IMG/VR virus record: IMGVR_UViG_3300002835_000047
Span: 1 to 64,000 of that record
Length of the DNA stretch: 64,000 nt
From: a virus
Strand: one strand, 5' to 3'
Shown here: positions 8,305 through 18,164 of the stretch, in pieces
Position numbering within the stretch: position 1 is the stretch's first letter
Layout of the letters: every line of letters starts with the position of its first letter
Notes under the pieces: model-generated
What the model was told of the DNA's origin: nothing
The model's database searches: none
What the model saw: the letters and a program-made list of their open reading frames with translations, nothing else
Position numbers and translations under genes: made by a program

Positions 8305-11048
8305 TGAAATTATATAACGCACTGGATTTAAAAAAAGGGGCTAAGGCAGAAGACTATCAAGCTACATCGAGTCTTACACAACCAGTTCAGTTTTTACCTC
8401 AAAATGAAAAAAATGATGATTGGGCTGCTTGGAACATAGACTGGCTTGAAATACAGGGTGTTGAGTTTTTGAGAATGAATTCAAGAAAACTACTTAAAAA
8501 CTATAAACTTGCTAGAGGAATTATAGATAAAACAGATTACATTGTTTCAGATGATAATGATTACAGTGATGTGCTTGATGTTTTGACAAAAGAAACTGAA
8601 TCTGCTTTGGAGCTTAAATTTTATCCTATTATTCCAAATGTGATTAATGTATTGTCCGGTGAATTTTCAAAAAGGTACAATGGCATTCAGTTTAGGGCTG
8701 TTGATGATACGTCTTATAATGAGATGTTAGAGCAAAAAAGAATGCTTATTGAGCAAAATTTATTGGCTGATGCACAGTCTAAGCTTATTGCTAATATGAT
8801 TGAAATGGGGATGGATCCTGAGAGCGAAGAGGCTAAACAAGCAATGTCCCCTGAAAATATTAAGTCTTTGCCTGAGATTGAAGATTTTTTTAAGAAGGAT
8901 TATAGGTCTTTAGTTGAAGAATGGGCATCTCACCAGTATAAAGTTGACGAAGAGAGATTTAAAATGCAAGAGCTAGAGGAAAGAGCCTTTAGGGATATGC
9001 TTATAGTAGATAGAGAGTTTTGGCATTTTAAAATGCTTGAAGATGATTATGATATTGAGTTGTGGAATCCGGTTTTAACTTTTTACCACAAATCTCCTGA
9101 TAATCGTTACATATCAGAGGGAAACTTTGTTGGTAAGATTGATTTAATAACTGCAGCTGATGTTGTTGATAAGTATGGTTATTTAATGACTGAGCAACAA
9201 TTAGTTTCTCTCCAAAATATTTATCCTGCAAAATCAGCTTTATATCAAGTTAATGGCTATCAAAATGATGGTAGTTATTATGATGCCACTAAATCTCATG
9301 AATGGAACACAAATTCACCGGGCCTTGACTATAGACGTTTTGTGAGTAATTGGACTAATGACCCAGCTGCCGGTGGAGATATTTTGAGCGCTATTTTAAA
9401 AGAGGGTGACGATATTTCAAATTGGGGTGAAAGATATTTGATGAGAGTGTGCACAGTTTATTGGAAGACACAACGAAAATTAGGTCATTTAACTAAAATA
9501 ACTGCGGAAGGAGAGGTTATTCAGGAAATTATAGATGAGAACTTTAAAGTCACTGAAAAGCCTATATATGACACGTCATTGTTTAAAAATAAAACAAAAG
9601 AGAATCTATTAGAGGGTGAGCATATTGACTGGATTTGGATTAATGAGGTTTGGGGTGGAGTTAAGATTGGGCCAAACCTACCTTCTTTTTGGAGATCTAA
9701 TATATCTAATAATGTTAGTCCTATTTACTTAGGTATAAATAGAAAAAAACCTGGTAGAATTCCTTTTCAGTTTAAAGGTAGTCATACTTTGTATGGGTGC
9801 AAGCTTCCTGTTGAAGGTCGTGTATTTTCGGATAGGAATACAAAATCAACATCTCTGGTTGATTTGATGAAAGCCTATCAAATTGGTTACAATATGGTAA
9901 ATAACCAAATTGCGGATATATTGGTTGATGAACTTGGTACTGTTATTATGTTTGACCAGAATGCTATTCCTAGGCATTCTATGGGAGAGGATTGGGGTAA
10001 GCATAACTATGCCAAAGCTTATGTGGCAATGAAAAATTTTCAGATGCTTCCTTTGGATACATCCATTACCAACACTGAAAACCCATTGGCATTTCAACAT
10101 TATCAAACTCTAGATCTTGAACAAACAAAAAGATTGATGTCAAGAATTCAACTTGCTAATTACTTTAAGCAGCAAGCTTTTGAGTCAATTGGTGTTAATG
10201 CTCAGAGACTTGGGGGTGCTATTGCCCAAGAAACAGCTACCGGTGTGACTCAAGCTTTGAATCAGTCATACGCGCAAACTGAAATTTACTTTAATCAACA
10301 CTCTGATTATCTGATGCCTAGAGTTCATCAAATGAGAACTGATTTGGCTCAGTTTTACCAGAGCTCAAATCCTAGCATTAGACTTAGTTATATTACAAGT
10401 GAAGCTGAAAAAGTTAATTTTAGTATTAATGGTACAACATTGTTACTTAGAGATTTTAATGTTTTTGCTACGACAAAGACTAACCATAGGTCAGTTTTGG
10501 ATCAACTAAAACAACTTGCAATTCAGAATAATACAGCCGGCGCTTCAATTTATGATCTTGGTAATATCATTAAATCTGAATCTATAGCTGAGATTACAAC
10601 CGCTCTTAAAACTTCTGAGGCAAAGCAAAATGAACTTAGAAATAAAGAGCTTGAGAATCAAAGGCAAATGCAAGAACAGCAGTTGCAAGCACGTGCAATG
10701 GAGAATCAAGAGAAAATAAATTTTGAAGCTTCTGAGAATGAAAAGAACAGGCAGAAAGATATTATAGTTGCTGAAATTCGTTCTGCAGCTTTTGGATCTG
10801 GTCAAGATGTTAACCAAAATATGGTTTCTGATTACAAAGATGCAATGGGTGAAATTCGTAAAACCACTGAATATCAGGAACAAATGAATTTTAAACGTGA
10901 GGAAAATGCCACTAAAACCGGTATTGAAAGGGAGAAGTTAAACGTTGAAAAAGAAAGATTAACTACCCAACGTGATGTTGCCCAAACTCAGCTTGAAATA
11001 GCTAGAGAAAATAAAAATAAGTATGATACAAAGCCAAATAAAAAATAA
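8304..11048 (+). CDS. Portal protein
   Basis: 914 aa, directly after TerL (TAATG overlap). Contains the crAss portal-type motifs FYPIIPNVINVLSGEF and SLVDLMKAYQIGYNMVNNQI, and a long C-terminal coiled coil. Confidence 0.9.
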   Translation: MKLYNALDLKKGAKAEDYQATSSLTQPVQFLPQNEKNDDWAAWNIDWLEIQGVEFLRMNSRKLLKNYKLARGIIDKTDYIVSDDNDYSDVLDVLTKETESALELKFYPIIPNVINVLSGEFSKRYNGIQFRAVDDTSYNEMLEQKRMLIEQNLLADAQSKLIANMIEMGMDPESEEAKQAMSPENIKSLPEIEDFFKKDYRSLVEEWASHQYKVDEERFKMQELEERAFRDMLIVDREFWHFKMLEDDYDIELWNPVLTFYHKSPDNRYISEGNFVGKIDLITAADVVDKYGYLMTEQQLVSLQNIYPAKSALYQVNGYQNDGSYYDATKSHEWNTNSPGLDYRRFVSNWTNDPAAGGDILSAILKEGDDISNWGERYLMRVCTVYWKTQRKLGHLTKITAEGEVIQEIIDENFKVTEKPIYDTSLFKNKTKENLLEGEHIDWIWINEVWGGVKIGPNLPSFWRSNISNNVSPIYLGINRKKPGRIPFQFKGSHTLYGCKLPVEGRVFSDRNTKSTSLVDLMKAYQIGYNMVNNQIADILVDELGTVIMFDQNAIPRHSMGEDWGKHNYAKAYVAMKNFQMLPLDTSITNTENPLAFQHYQTLDLEQTKRLMSRIQLANYFKQQAFESIGVNAQRLGGAIAQETATGVTQALNQSYAQTEIYFNQHSDYLMPRVHQMRTDLAQFYQSSNPSIRLSYITSEAEKVNFSINGTTLLLRDFNVFATTKTNHRSVLDQLKQLAIQNNTAGASIYDLGNIIKSESIAEITTALKTSEAKQNELRNKELENQRQMQEQQLQARAMENQEKINFEASENEKNRQKDIIVAEIRSAAFGSGQDVNQNMVSDYKDAMGEIRKTTEYQEQMNFKREENATKTGIEREKLNVEKERLTTQRDVAQTQLEIARENKNKYDTKPNKK

Positions 11049-11145
11049 TTAATGTTTAATGAAAAAAATATTTTTGTTATAGCTATATGATGTAAAATAT
11101 TTTTTTTGTAAAAAATTTTATAGGTTTAATTTGGAAATACTTTTT

Positions 11146-11156
11146 TATATTATATA
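11146..11156 (+). promoter_or_regulatory. Putative late promoter core TATATTATATA
   Basis: Same core as at 16764, 18138 and 26529; lies 24 nt upstream of the ATG at 11181. Confidence 0.5.
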
Positions 11157-11180
11157 CATAACCAACAAACCAAAAAATAT

Positions 11181-12443
11181 ATGAGTGCACAAGAAATACA
11201 AACTAAAGTTGAAGTTTTAGATCTAGACATAGATCAGCTTTTCGGTGGAACTGCTTCTGCTGAAAGCATTACTGTTCCTGATTCCGGAACCGGTTCAGAT
11301 AAAAAGTCTGTTAATATTTTTTCTAAAGCAAAACCCGCAGACTTTTCATTTACTGAACCAATTGATGATGGTAATAAAGAGATTACAGATGATAAATCTA
11401 ATGCTGCATCAAATACCGAATTAAATGATAAGTTAGATAAAAATGAAACTACTAACGTAGATGAGTTTGATTCTTTTACTAAAGATGATGATAAGACTGA
11501 GAATAGAGGTAGAAAGAAAATTGAAGGCATTGCAGATGTGTTTAGCAAACTAATTAAGGATGAAAAAATTGTTCCTTTTGATGATGATAAACCATTTTCT
11601 GAATACACGCTTAAAGATTGGGAAGAATTGATTGAAGCTAACTTAGAAGAAAAAGCTAATCAAACAAGACAAGAAACCCCAAAACAGTTTTTTGAGTCCT
11701 TGCCTGAGGAGTTGCAAATTGCAGCACGTTATGTAGCTAATGGCGGTACAGATCTTAAAAGTTTGTTTCAAACATTAGCCCATGTTGAAGAAACTAGGGA
11801 TCTTGATGTAAAAAATGAGAAGGACCAGGAAAAGATTATTAGAGATTATCTTCATTTCACAGGTTATGGTAGTGAGTCAGATATTGAAGAAGAAATTGAA
11901 GTTTGGAAAGATTTAGGAAAACTTGAAGCCCAAGCTAATAAGTTTAAGCCAAAGTTGGATAAGATGCGCGAAGAAGTTGTGGCTAAAAAGCTTGAAGAAC
12001 AGGAACTTAGGAGAAAACAACAAGAAACTGCATCACGCAGATATGCGCATAATGTTTATGAAACATTGAAGAATGGAGAGTTGGGTGAAATTAAACTAGA
12101 CAAAAAAACACAAAACATGCTTTTTTCTGGTTTAGTTGAACCAAATTATCCATCGGTTAGTGGAAGAAACACAAATTTATTGGGTCATCTTTTGGAAAAA
12201 TACCAATTTGTTGAGCCAAATTATTCTTTGATTTCAGAGGCGCTTTGGTTGCTATCTGACCCAGATGGGTACAAGTCTAAAATTATGGAAAAGGGATCGC
12301 AGAAGGCTGTTGAAGCAACTGTTAGAAAACTTAAAATAGAACAGGCCGCTAATAGCTCAAGTTCTACAGGAGTATATGATAATGAAGAATCAAATAACAA
12401 GAGAAAAATACAGAGACCGAATAACTTTTTTAAACGCTTTTAA
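11181..12443 (+). CDS. Putative capsid scaffolding protein (conserved crAss gene between portal and MCP)
   Basis: Acidic disordered N-terminus and helical C-terminus; synteny portal-X-MCP. Confidence 0.7.
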   Translation: MSAQEIQTKVEVLDLDIDQLFGGTASAESITVPDSGTGSDKKSVNIFSKAKPADFSFTEPIDDGNKEITDDKSNAASNTELNDKLDKNETTNVDEFDSFTKDDDKTENRGRKKIEGIADVFSKLIKDEKIVPFDDDKPFSEYTLKDWEELIEANLEEKANQTRQETPKQFFESLPEELQIAARYVANGGTDLKSLFQTLAHVEETRDLDVKNEKDQEKIIRDYLHFTGYGSESDIEEEIEVWKDLGKLEAQANKFKPKLDKMREEVVAKKLEEQELRRKQQETASRRYAHNVYETLKNGELGEIKLDKKTQNMLFSGLVEPNYPSVSGRNTNLLGHLLEKYQFVEPNYSLISEALWLLSDPDGYKSKIMEKGSQKAVEATVRKLKIEQAANSSSSTGVYDNEESNNKRKIQRPNNFFKRF

Positions 12444-12470
12444 CCTTTAACAATTAAACAAAAATAAATT

Positions 12471-14090
12471 ATGGCAACACCAGTTTTAAACAATGGAATC
12501 TTCCTGAGGGATACTAACTACAAGGCTAGTTCTCACGTTGATTCATATCACCTAACTCAAATGTTGGGTAGCGCAGAACCTATGGACATGGGTCCTGTTG
12601 ATTTGTGGGCAATGACTCAAAAAGTTGAAATGCCTTTGTACCAAATGGCTTCTTTCGGCGGTAAGAACACTATTCTAGTGGACAACGCTCGTGGAGAATA
12701 CAAATGGCAAACGCCTATTGCACAAGACCTTCCTTTTGTTGTTTTGGATCTTGATCCATCTAACACTACCAAAGGTATTGATGGCACCACTTTCACTATT
12801 AAACTTTCCAAAAGATCTTTTGGTCATGGTGATATTATCACTTATGATAAGTATAATGGTGTTGAATTGTACGTGACTGCTGCAGATATTATTTCTGCCG
12901 GTGACGGTTTTATTTACACTGTTCAATTGGTAAATAACAACAATTCTGCTGTTCTTGCAAATAAGTATCTTGCGCCTGGCACCAAGTTTTTCCGCAAAGG
13001 TTCTGCCCGCGGAGAATATGGAGAGCGTTTCTCTGATATGGAGACTGGTTCCGGATTCCGTGAGTTTTATAACTTTGTAGGAGGAGCTGAAGCTCACGTA
13101 CACTATTCAATTTCAAGCCGTGCAGATTTGATGATCAAAGGTGGTTTGAATGCAGATGGAACTGTACCAGTAACCGAAATCTGGAGAAATTTTAACCAAG
13201 ATCAAAACAATCCTTCCGTTTCTTCAATTGAAGAACTTGTTGCTGCTATGGGTAAATCCGGTGCAAGACAAGCTTTTGAAAGCGGTCAGTTGTCTAGGAC
13301 TTTTATCACTAATCTTGAAGCCGCCCACCTTAGCAAAATTGCTAATGACATTGAAACTTATTTGATGTGGGGTAAAGGTGGTAGGGTTAAGCAAGATGGT
13401 CCAGATGATCTTCGTCTTTCTGTTGGTTTGTGGAGTCAGCTTGACAATTCATTTAAGAGAGTTTACAACAAATCTTCTTTCTCTTTGGATATGTTCAAGT
13501 CTGAGCTTTATAATTTCTACCAAGGAAAAGTTGAGTTCAAAGGTCCAGATCCTCAGCGCAAGCTTGTTGTTCAAACCGGTATTGGTGGTATGCAAATGAT
13601 TAACAAAGCAATTGCCGATGAAGTATATGGTTCTGGTTTGGTTCAAAATGCATCTGATATCGGAGCTGTTAATGGCAAAGGTATGGATCTTGATTTTGGA
13701 TTTGCCTACACCAGCTTTACAATTCCATTTTTGGCAAATGTTAAGTTTGTTCTTAATCCAGCTTTTGATAATCTGCATACAAACGATGTAGAAAACCCAT
13801 TGATTGATGGTCGTCCTTTGAGTTCTTATAGTTTCATTATTTTTGATGTCACCGAAAATGGTAATGATAACATCTATCTTTTGAAACTTAGCTGGGACAA
13901 CCAATTGAAGTGGTTCTATCAAAACGGTACTATGGACTATATGGGTCGTACTCAAGGTTTTGCTTCTTCCGGAAACTTTAATGGTTACCGTGTGTACATG
14001 AGCCAGACCATGCCTGCTATTTGGGTTAAAGACCCAACCAAAGTTCTGAAAATTGTGATGCGGAATCCTGTTACGGGAGGTTCATTCTAA
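12471..14090 (+). CDS. Major capsid protein (crAss-type)
   Basis: 539 aa with high-expression codon usage (many C-ending codons). Motifs HVDSYHL, GEYKW and GLWSQL, and the C-terminal IVMRNPVTGGSF. Followed by a terminator. Confidence 0.92.
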   Translation: MATPVLNNGIFLRDTNYKASSHVDSYHLTQMLGSAEPMDMGPVDLWAMTQKVEMPLYQMASFGGKNTILVDNARGEYKWQTPIAQDLPFVVLDLDPSNTTKGIDGTTFTIKLSKRSFGHGDIITYDKYNGVELYVTAADIISAGDGFIYTVQLVNNNNSAVLANKYLAPGTKFFRKGSARGEYGERFSDMETGSGFREFYNFVGGAEAHVHYSISSRADLMIKGGLNADGTVPVTEIWRNFNQDQNNPSVSSIEELVAAMGKSGARQAFESGQLSRTFITNLEAAHLSKIANDIETYLMWGKGGRVKQDGPDDLRLSVGLWSQLDNSFKRVYNKSSFSLDMFKSELYNFYQGKVEFKGPDPQRKLVVQTGIGGMQMINKAIADEVYGSGLVQNASDIGAVNGKGMDLDFGFAYTSFTIPFLANVKFVLNPAFDNLHTNDVENPLIDGRPLSSYSFIIFDVTENGNDNIYLLKLSWDNQLKWFYQNGTMDYMGRTQGFASSGNFNGYRVYMSQTMPAIWVKDPTKVLKIVMRNPVTGGSF

Positions 14091-14109
14091 GATTTGTGAA
14101 TCAAAAAAA

Positions 14110-14142
14110 TGGGGAGGTCATAGAGCCTCCCCACTTTTTTTT
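14110..14142 (+). terminator. Rho-independent terminator after MCP
   Basis: TGGGGAGG-tcatagag-CCTCCCCA followed by a T-run. Confidence 0.85.
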
Positions 14143-14167
14143 TACTTAACAATTTAATTTAAATACT

Positions 14168-14425
14168 ATGTCAATTTATAAAAAAGGACCTTTTAAATAC
14201 ATTTGGGAATTCACAAATGTAACCGTAAATAAATTTAATGAAGCTGCTATTGCGGCTGGACTGTTCAAGCAACCTGAATTTGCTACGGAGGCTTTTGCTG
14301 ATGTACAAACTACTTTGGTTGCCAGATCTTACGCTGATAATGCTGCTGCAGTAACAGCAGGTTTGGCAGTTGGCCAACTTTATCTTAACACTACTACAAA
14401 AGCAATTACTGTAGTAACAGCATAA
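14168..14425 (+). CDS. Small hypothetical virion-associated protein
   Basis: 85 aa. The C-terminal YADNAAAVTAGLAVGQLY motif resembles those at the ends of phage structural or fibre proteins. Confidence 0.7.
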   Translation: MSIYKKGPFKYIWEFTNVTVNKFNEAAIAAGLFKQPEFATEAFADVQTTLVARSYADNAAAVTAGLAVGQLYLNTTTKAITVVTA

Positions 14426-14440
14426 AACTCAAAAAACTTT

Positions 14441-14456
14441 TGCCGGGAAACCGGCA
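14441..14456 (+). other. GNRA-tetraloop stem-loop
   Basis: TGCCGG-GAAA-CCGGCA, intergenic, with no downstream U-tract. Confidence 0.6.
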
Positions 14457-14523
14457 TTAGGAATAAAAATTGTAAATAATTATTTACTTTTGAGTTCTAA
14501 TTTAAAACCTAAACCAAATTAAT

Positions 14524-15540
14524 ATGAATGATTACACGATTGTAGAAAAGTACCAACAAAACAAAAACAAAACAATTGCAATTCGTCCTTATTTTGATTC
14601 AAGTAAGCAAAATATGGGCCTTGAAAATTATGGCATGGCTCTTTATGATGGTGTTTGGCACCAGGAATCATTGGCTTGCTTAGAACTTAACGGCGTAAAA
14701 AGATATGTGACAGGCTTAAATGAGTTTGCTCCAGAGATTAAAAGATTGCCGGCAGCTGAGAGAGAGGTTAAGATTAAAGAAATAAGAAAGACAGTTGCTC
14801 AATTGGAAGCTGAGCTTGCGGCAAATGTTATTGATCCGGAAGATAAAGATTTTTGGAACAAGGTCACTTTGCTTAAACCTGACAATGATAAATTTTGGTC
14901 TAAGATTTCATTGCGTTGTGGCAATGACCCCGTTTATTTAGATCCAGAAACAGATCCTTATGATCTCATTAAACTGTATGCTATAAATGCAGGTGGTTTT
15001 AGTATTGTTGCAAAATCACTGAAAGAAGCAAAAACTTCTTCAGATTCTCCTAAGTTTTACTTGGATCAGTTGCAAGAAACTGTAAATACAAGAACTGAAT
15101 TGAGCAAGATTAGGAATCGTGCAATTGCAGAGCTTCAAAAGCTTTATGATACCAATACAAATAAATTAATGTATGTAGCTAAGGTTGTTGATATTAATAG
15201 TACACAATACACGAAGTCTACACCGAATGATATTTTGTATGAAAATATGGATTTATTTATCAATGGTGAGGGTTCTGAATCAAATAAAATTAGAGCTGCT
15301 AAATTGTTTTTGGAAGCTTCTGATTCTTCAATGGAAACTCTAAAAATTAGAGCTTTAGTTAAGGATTCAATATTCTACAGATTTATTGTTCCAAAAGCAA
15401 ACGGTTGGATTGAAACTTTGGATGGTAATCAAAAGCTAGGTAAAAATCCAAGTGAAGTAGTTGAGTTTTTAAAAGATCCAATTAATGAAGAGATCCTTTC
15501 ATCTTTGTTGAACAAAATTGAAACATATTGGGTAATTTAA
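14524..15540 (+). CDS. Conserved crAss-like structural protein downstream of MCP
   Basis: 338 aa in the post-MCP block, with motifs RYVTGLNEFAP and LDPETDPYDLI. Confidence 0.7.
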   Translation: MNDYTIVEKYQQNKNKTIAIRPYFDSSKQNMGLENYGMALYDGVWHQESLACLELNGVKRYVTGLNEFAPEIKRLPAAEREVKIKEIRKTVAQLEAELAANVIDPEDKDFWNKVTLLKPDNDKFWSKISLRCGNDPVYLDPETDPYDLIKLYAINAGGFSIVAKSLKEAKTSSDSPKFYLDQLQETVNTRTELSKIRNRAIAELQKLYDTNTNKLMYVAKVVDINSTQYTKSTPNDILYENMDLFINGEGSESNKIRAAKLFLEASDSSMETLKIRALVKDSIFYRFIVPKANGWIETLDGNQKLGKNPSEVVEFLKDPINEEILSSLLNKIETYWVI

Positions 15541-15544
15541 TTAT

Positions 15545-16249
15545 ATGAATAATCAAATTCTACGGTTAAAGTTAAAACAAAGACTTAATAAACTTTCCAG
15601 TAATGACTATGATAATATAGAAAACTGGCAGATTATTGAAGCTTTTAATAAAGCTCAAGTAGAATGGGTTAGGCGGATGCTTCATGGAAATAATCTATAC
15701 AAAGAGGGGGATGAGTTTTCTAAAAGAAGAATTGATGATTTGCAAATTTTGCTGACCGAGTTTAAATTGGTTGGAACATCTAATGGCAAATACTTTGAAA
15801 CAAGTAACTTTCCTCCGGCTGATTATTTAGAATATAAGAGATTGAGCACTAATGCTTATAGTGAGTGCTGTCAAGATCCTAGGTCAATGACTGTGTATCT
15901 TGTTGAAGAAGCAAATATTAGTTTGTATTTAAGAGATCCATTGAAAAGACCTGATTTTGATTGGAGTGAGACTATTGCCACTTTGATTAATAATAAGGTT
16001 AGAATTTATGTGAGAGATTTTAATCTTTCAGATCCTGTTTTAACTTACTATAGGGAACCTGTAAAAATTCAGTTTAATGGTGTTTTAAATCCTTACACCG
16101 GTTTGATATCTTCTGCAGATGTTACATGTGAATTTAAAGATGATATTACAGAAGTTATTCTTGATGATACTGCAGCAATTATAGCAGGTGATATTGAGAA
16201 TTTTAGTCAAATGCAAAGAGAACAGCAATCAGCAGAAAGAAATAACTAA
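15545..16249 (+). CDS. Putative head-tail connector/ring protein (crAss conserved)
   Basis: 234 aa, RLNKLSSNDYDNIE...FNKAQVEW...YYREP; synteny in the crAss neck block. Confidence 0.7.
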   Translation: MNNQILRLKLKQRLNKLSSNDYDNIENWQIIEAFNKAQVEWVRRMLHGNNLYKEGDEFSKRRIDDLQILLTEFKLVGTSNGKYFETSNFPPADYLEYKRLSTNAYSECCQDPRSMTVYLVEEANISLYLRDPLKRPDFDWSETIATLINNKVRIYVRDFNLSDPVLTYYREPVKIQFNGVLNPYTGLISSADVTCEFKDDITEVILDDTAAIIAGDIENFSQMQREQQSAERNN

Positions 16250-16251
16250 AA

Positions 16252-16737
16252 ATGGAATATAAAAGACCACTAAAATCAAAGTTAAAGTCTAGTTCAGAAG
16301 AGACTAATCAAACTGCTTTGAAAAGAACAAAACCAGCAAGATCTGCTGAAATGCAAAAGGTTGATACTATGACCGGTGCTTTAGTTTTGGAACTTATGAA
16401 TGCTGCAACTAGTTTTCATAAACTGCATTTGAAAGTTACAGGGCCGGGTTCTTATGCGGCTCACAAAGCATTAAATGAAATTTATGATGCTTTGCCTGGG
16501 TTAGCGGATTCTATTGCTGAAGGATATCAAGGTGCATGCGAAATAATTTTGGATTGCAAAGCTGAACCATTAGTTTATCTTGAAAATGTGGATGATGCAA
16601 TTGAATACTTGAGACAACTTAAAACGCAGATTTCTGATTTACAAGCTGTGATGCATCATAGTGAAATTACAAATTTATTGGATACTGTTAAAGATGCTCT
16701 TAATAGCGCAAAATACAAATTAATTTTTTTAGCTTAA
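16252..16737 (+). CDS. Ferritin/Dps-like four-helix protein
   Basis: FHKLHLKVTGPGSYAAHKALNEIYDAL...DSIAEGYQG matches the Dps-like H-x-x-H...H-x-x-L-x-E-x-Y...D-x-x-A-E pattern, and the C-terminal KYKLIFLA fits the family. Basic N-terminal extension. Confidence 0.8.
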   Translation: MEYKRPLKSKLKSSSEETNQTALKRTKPARSAEMQKVDTMTGALVLELMNAATSFHKLHLKVTGPGSYAAHKALNEIYDALPGLADSIAEGYQGACEIILDCKAEPLVYLENVDDAIEYLRQLKTQISDLQAVMHHSEITNLLDTVKDALNSAKYKLIFLA

Positions 16738-16740
16738 ATG

Positions 16741-16774
16741 TTTGAAAATTAAAAAAAATAGTTTATATTATATA
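16741..16774 (+). promoter_or_regulatory. Putative promoter TTTG-N19-TATATTATATA
   Basis: TTTG at 16741-16744 and core at 16764-16774, followed by the small hairpin TGTGCA-cgg-TGCACA (16775-16789). Confidence 0.55.
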
Positions 16775-16823
16775 TGTGCACGGTGCACAAAATATTTGTT
16801 TGTAAAATTTAAATTAAAAAAAA

Positions 16824-18068
16824 ATGTCGTACTTTAATCACTCTTTTTCCAAAGCATTTGTTGTAAATAGCTTTGCGGCTTCCGGTGTAAAAACATCAGC
16901 TTTTACTCCTGGACAGTTTGAACTTGTAAATGGAAATACTTGGGCATCTATTGCAGCTGCTGCAGCTGGAACTATTCCCACTGGTATTTTGTTTTATCTT
17001 GTTCAAGGTAGTTTTCATACTGACGATAACATCGGTAATAACCCTGGTCATGGCGGGTACAAAGAATCCGTTAAGTCTAAGGGTATTAATCCAAGATATG
17101 TCAGCAGATTGTGGTCTTCTGAGTGTGTAACAGCTACTGCAGCAACCACAAAAATTGAAGTTGGACCAACTTGTGCCCCATGTGGAACAAATTTGTTTTT
17201 GCGTTTGGATGTCAAAGGCGCTCCAGCATTGAGATTTTTGAATCATAATGCTTATGCAATTGGTGATAGTTCCGGAAGTTCTGCTGTAAATGTTGTACCT
17301 GGTAATTGCTGTGCAATTGACCAAGAGTATCTTGATCCAGCTGTTGCTTTGGCAAAAGCTGCTGCAATGTTGCTTGAAGATCCTATTATCAAGCCTTTTG
17401 TAATTGAAAAGACCGGCGGTGGAATGACTGTGAAAGTTGGTAACGCAGCTGCTGTTACTTACACTATTCAACAAGTTTTGGGTTTGGCTTCTTCTGGAAA
17501 CTACACTCCATCTACTAATCCAGTTACTGATAACATCGTTGCTTCTGTTACTTTTCAAGGTGCTTATGTTGACACTAAGTTTGGTAATTGTTCTTTTGAC
17601 ACTCGCGACTATTATGGTAAAGAGCCTGTTCAGTTGATTGGTTCAATCTTGAATGAAACCGGTGATCCATGTAATACTTGTGGTGTTGTGACAACTGTTC
17701 CTGGAACAATGCAACAAACTTCTGGTGAAACTGTTTTGAGGGATGTATTGCTAACCGAGGCTTACATGCAATCTCCTTATAATCAAGGCAATCCTGATTC
17801 TGCACGTATCCGTCAGATTGAAGGTTCTGATGATATTGTTACTGCAATTGATCGTGATGCTTTGTACAAAGTGTATTATATTCAGCATAGCATTCCAAGG
17901 TTGAACAATCCTTCTAGCACTTTTGATAATGATCAATATGTGTACAAGATTTATGTGAAGTGTAGTGCAAGTGCAACAATTACTGCAATGGATACATTGA
18001 TGGGTAAAATTGCAACTGTTTGTACTTCGTCTGGTAATCCAATTACCTTTGAGACAAACATAGATTAA
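16824..18068 (+). CDS. Abundant virion structural protein (possible auxiliary capsid protein)
   Basis: 414 aa, rich in Ala/Thr/Gly, with its own promoter and terminator and MCP-like codon usage. Confidence 0.7.
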   Translation: MSYFNHSFSKAFVVNSFAASGVKTSAFTPGQFELVNGNTWASIAAAAAGTIPTGILFYLVQGSFHTDDNIGNNPGHGGYKESVKSKGINPRYVSRLWSSECVTATAATTKIEVGPTCAPCGTNLFLRLDVKGAPALRFLNHNAYAIGDSSGSSAVNVVPGNCCAIDQEYLDPAVALAKAAAMLLEDPIIKPFVIEKTGGGMTVKVGNAAAVTYTIQQVLGLASSGNYTPSTNPVTDNIVASVTFQGAYVDTKFGNCSFDTRDYYGKEPVQLIGSILNETGDPCNTCGVVTTVPGTMQQTSGETVLRDVLLTEAYMQSPYNQGNPDSARIRQIEGSDDIVTAIDRDALYKVYYIQHSIPRLNNPSSTFDNDQYVYKIYVKCSASATITAMDTLMGKIATVCTSSGNPITFETNID

Positions 18069-18083
18069 TAAATTGCAAAATTG

Positions 18084-18117
18084 AAAAAAAGGTGAGTTAA
18101 TTCTCACCTTTTTTTTT
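18084..18117 (+). terminator. Rho-independent terminator (possibly bidirectional)
   Basis: AAAAAAAGGTGAG-ttaatt-CTCACCTTTTTTT. Confidence 0.85.
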
Positions 18118-18150
18118 GATTTATGTTTTTTTTTAGTTATATTATAAGTA
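18115..18150 (+). promoter_or_regulatory. Putative promoter TTTG-N19-TATATTATAAGTA
   Basis: TTTG at 18115-18118 and core at 18138-18150, immediately after the terminator. Confidence 0.55.
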
Positions 18151-18164
18151 TAACAAACTGTTAA

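Noticed and set aside
6118-14090. Introns or inteins in terL, portal or MCP
   Set aside because: The ORFs are uninterrupted and of expected size, with no LAGLIDADG/HNH or intein splice motifs seen.
16896-17558. 220-aa minus-strand ORF (similarly 13449..13955, 17751..18179 and 26901..27314)
   Set aside because: These lie antisense to well-supported structural genes and have Ser/Asn/Cys-biased, non-protein-like sequences, consistent with codon-bias artefacts.
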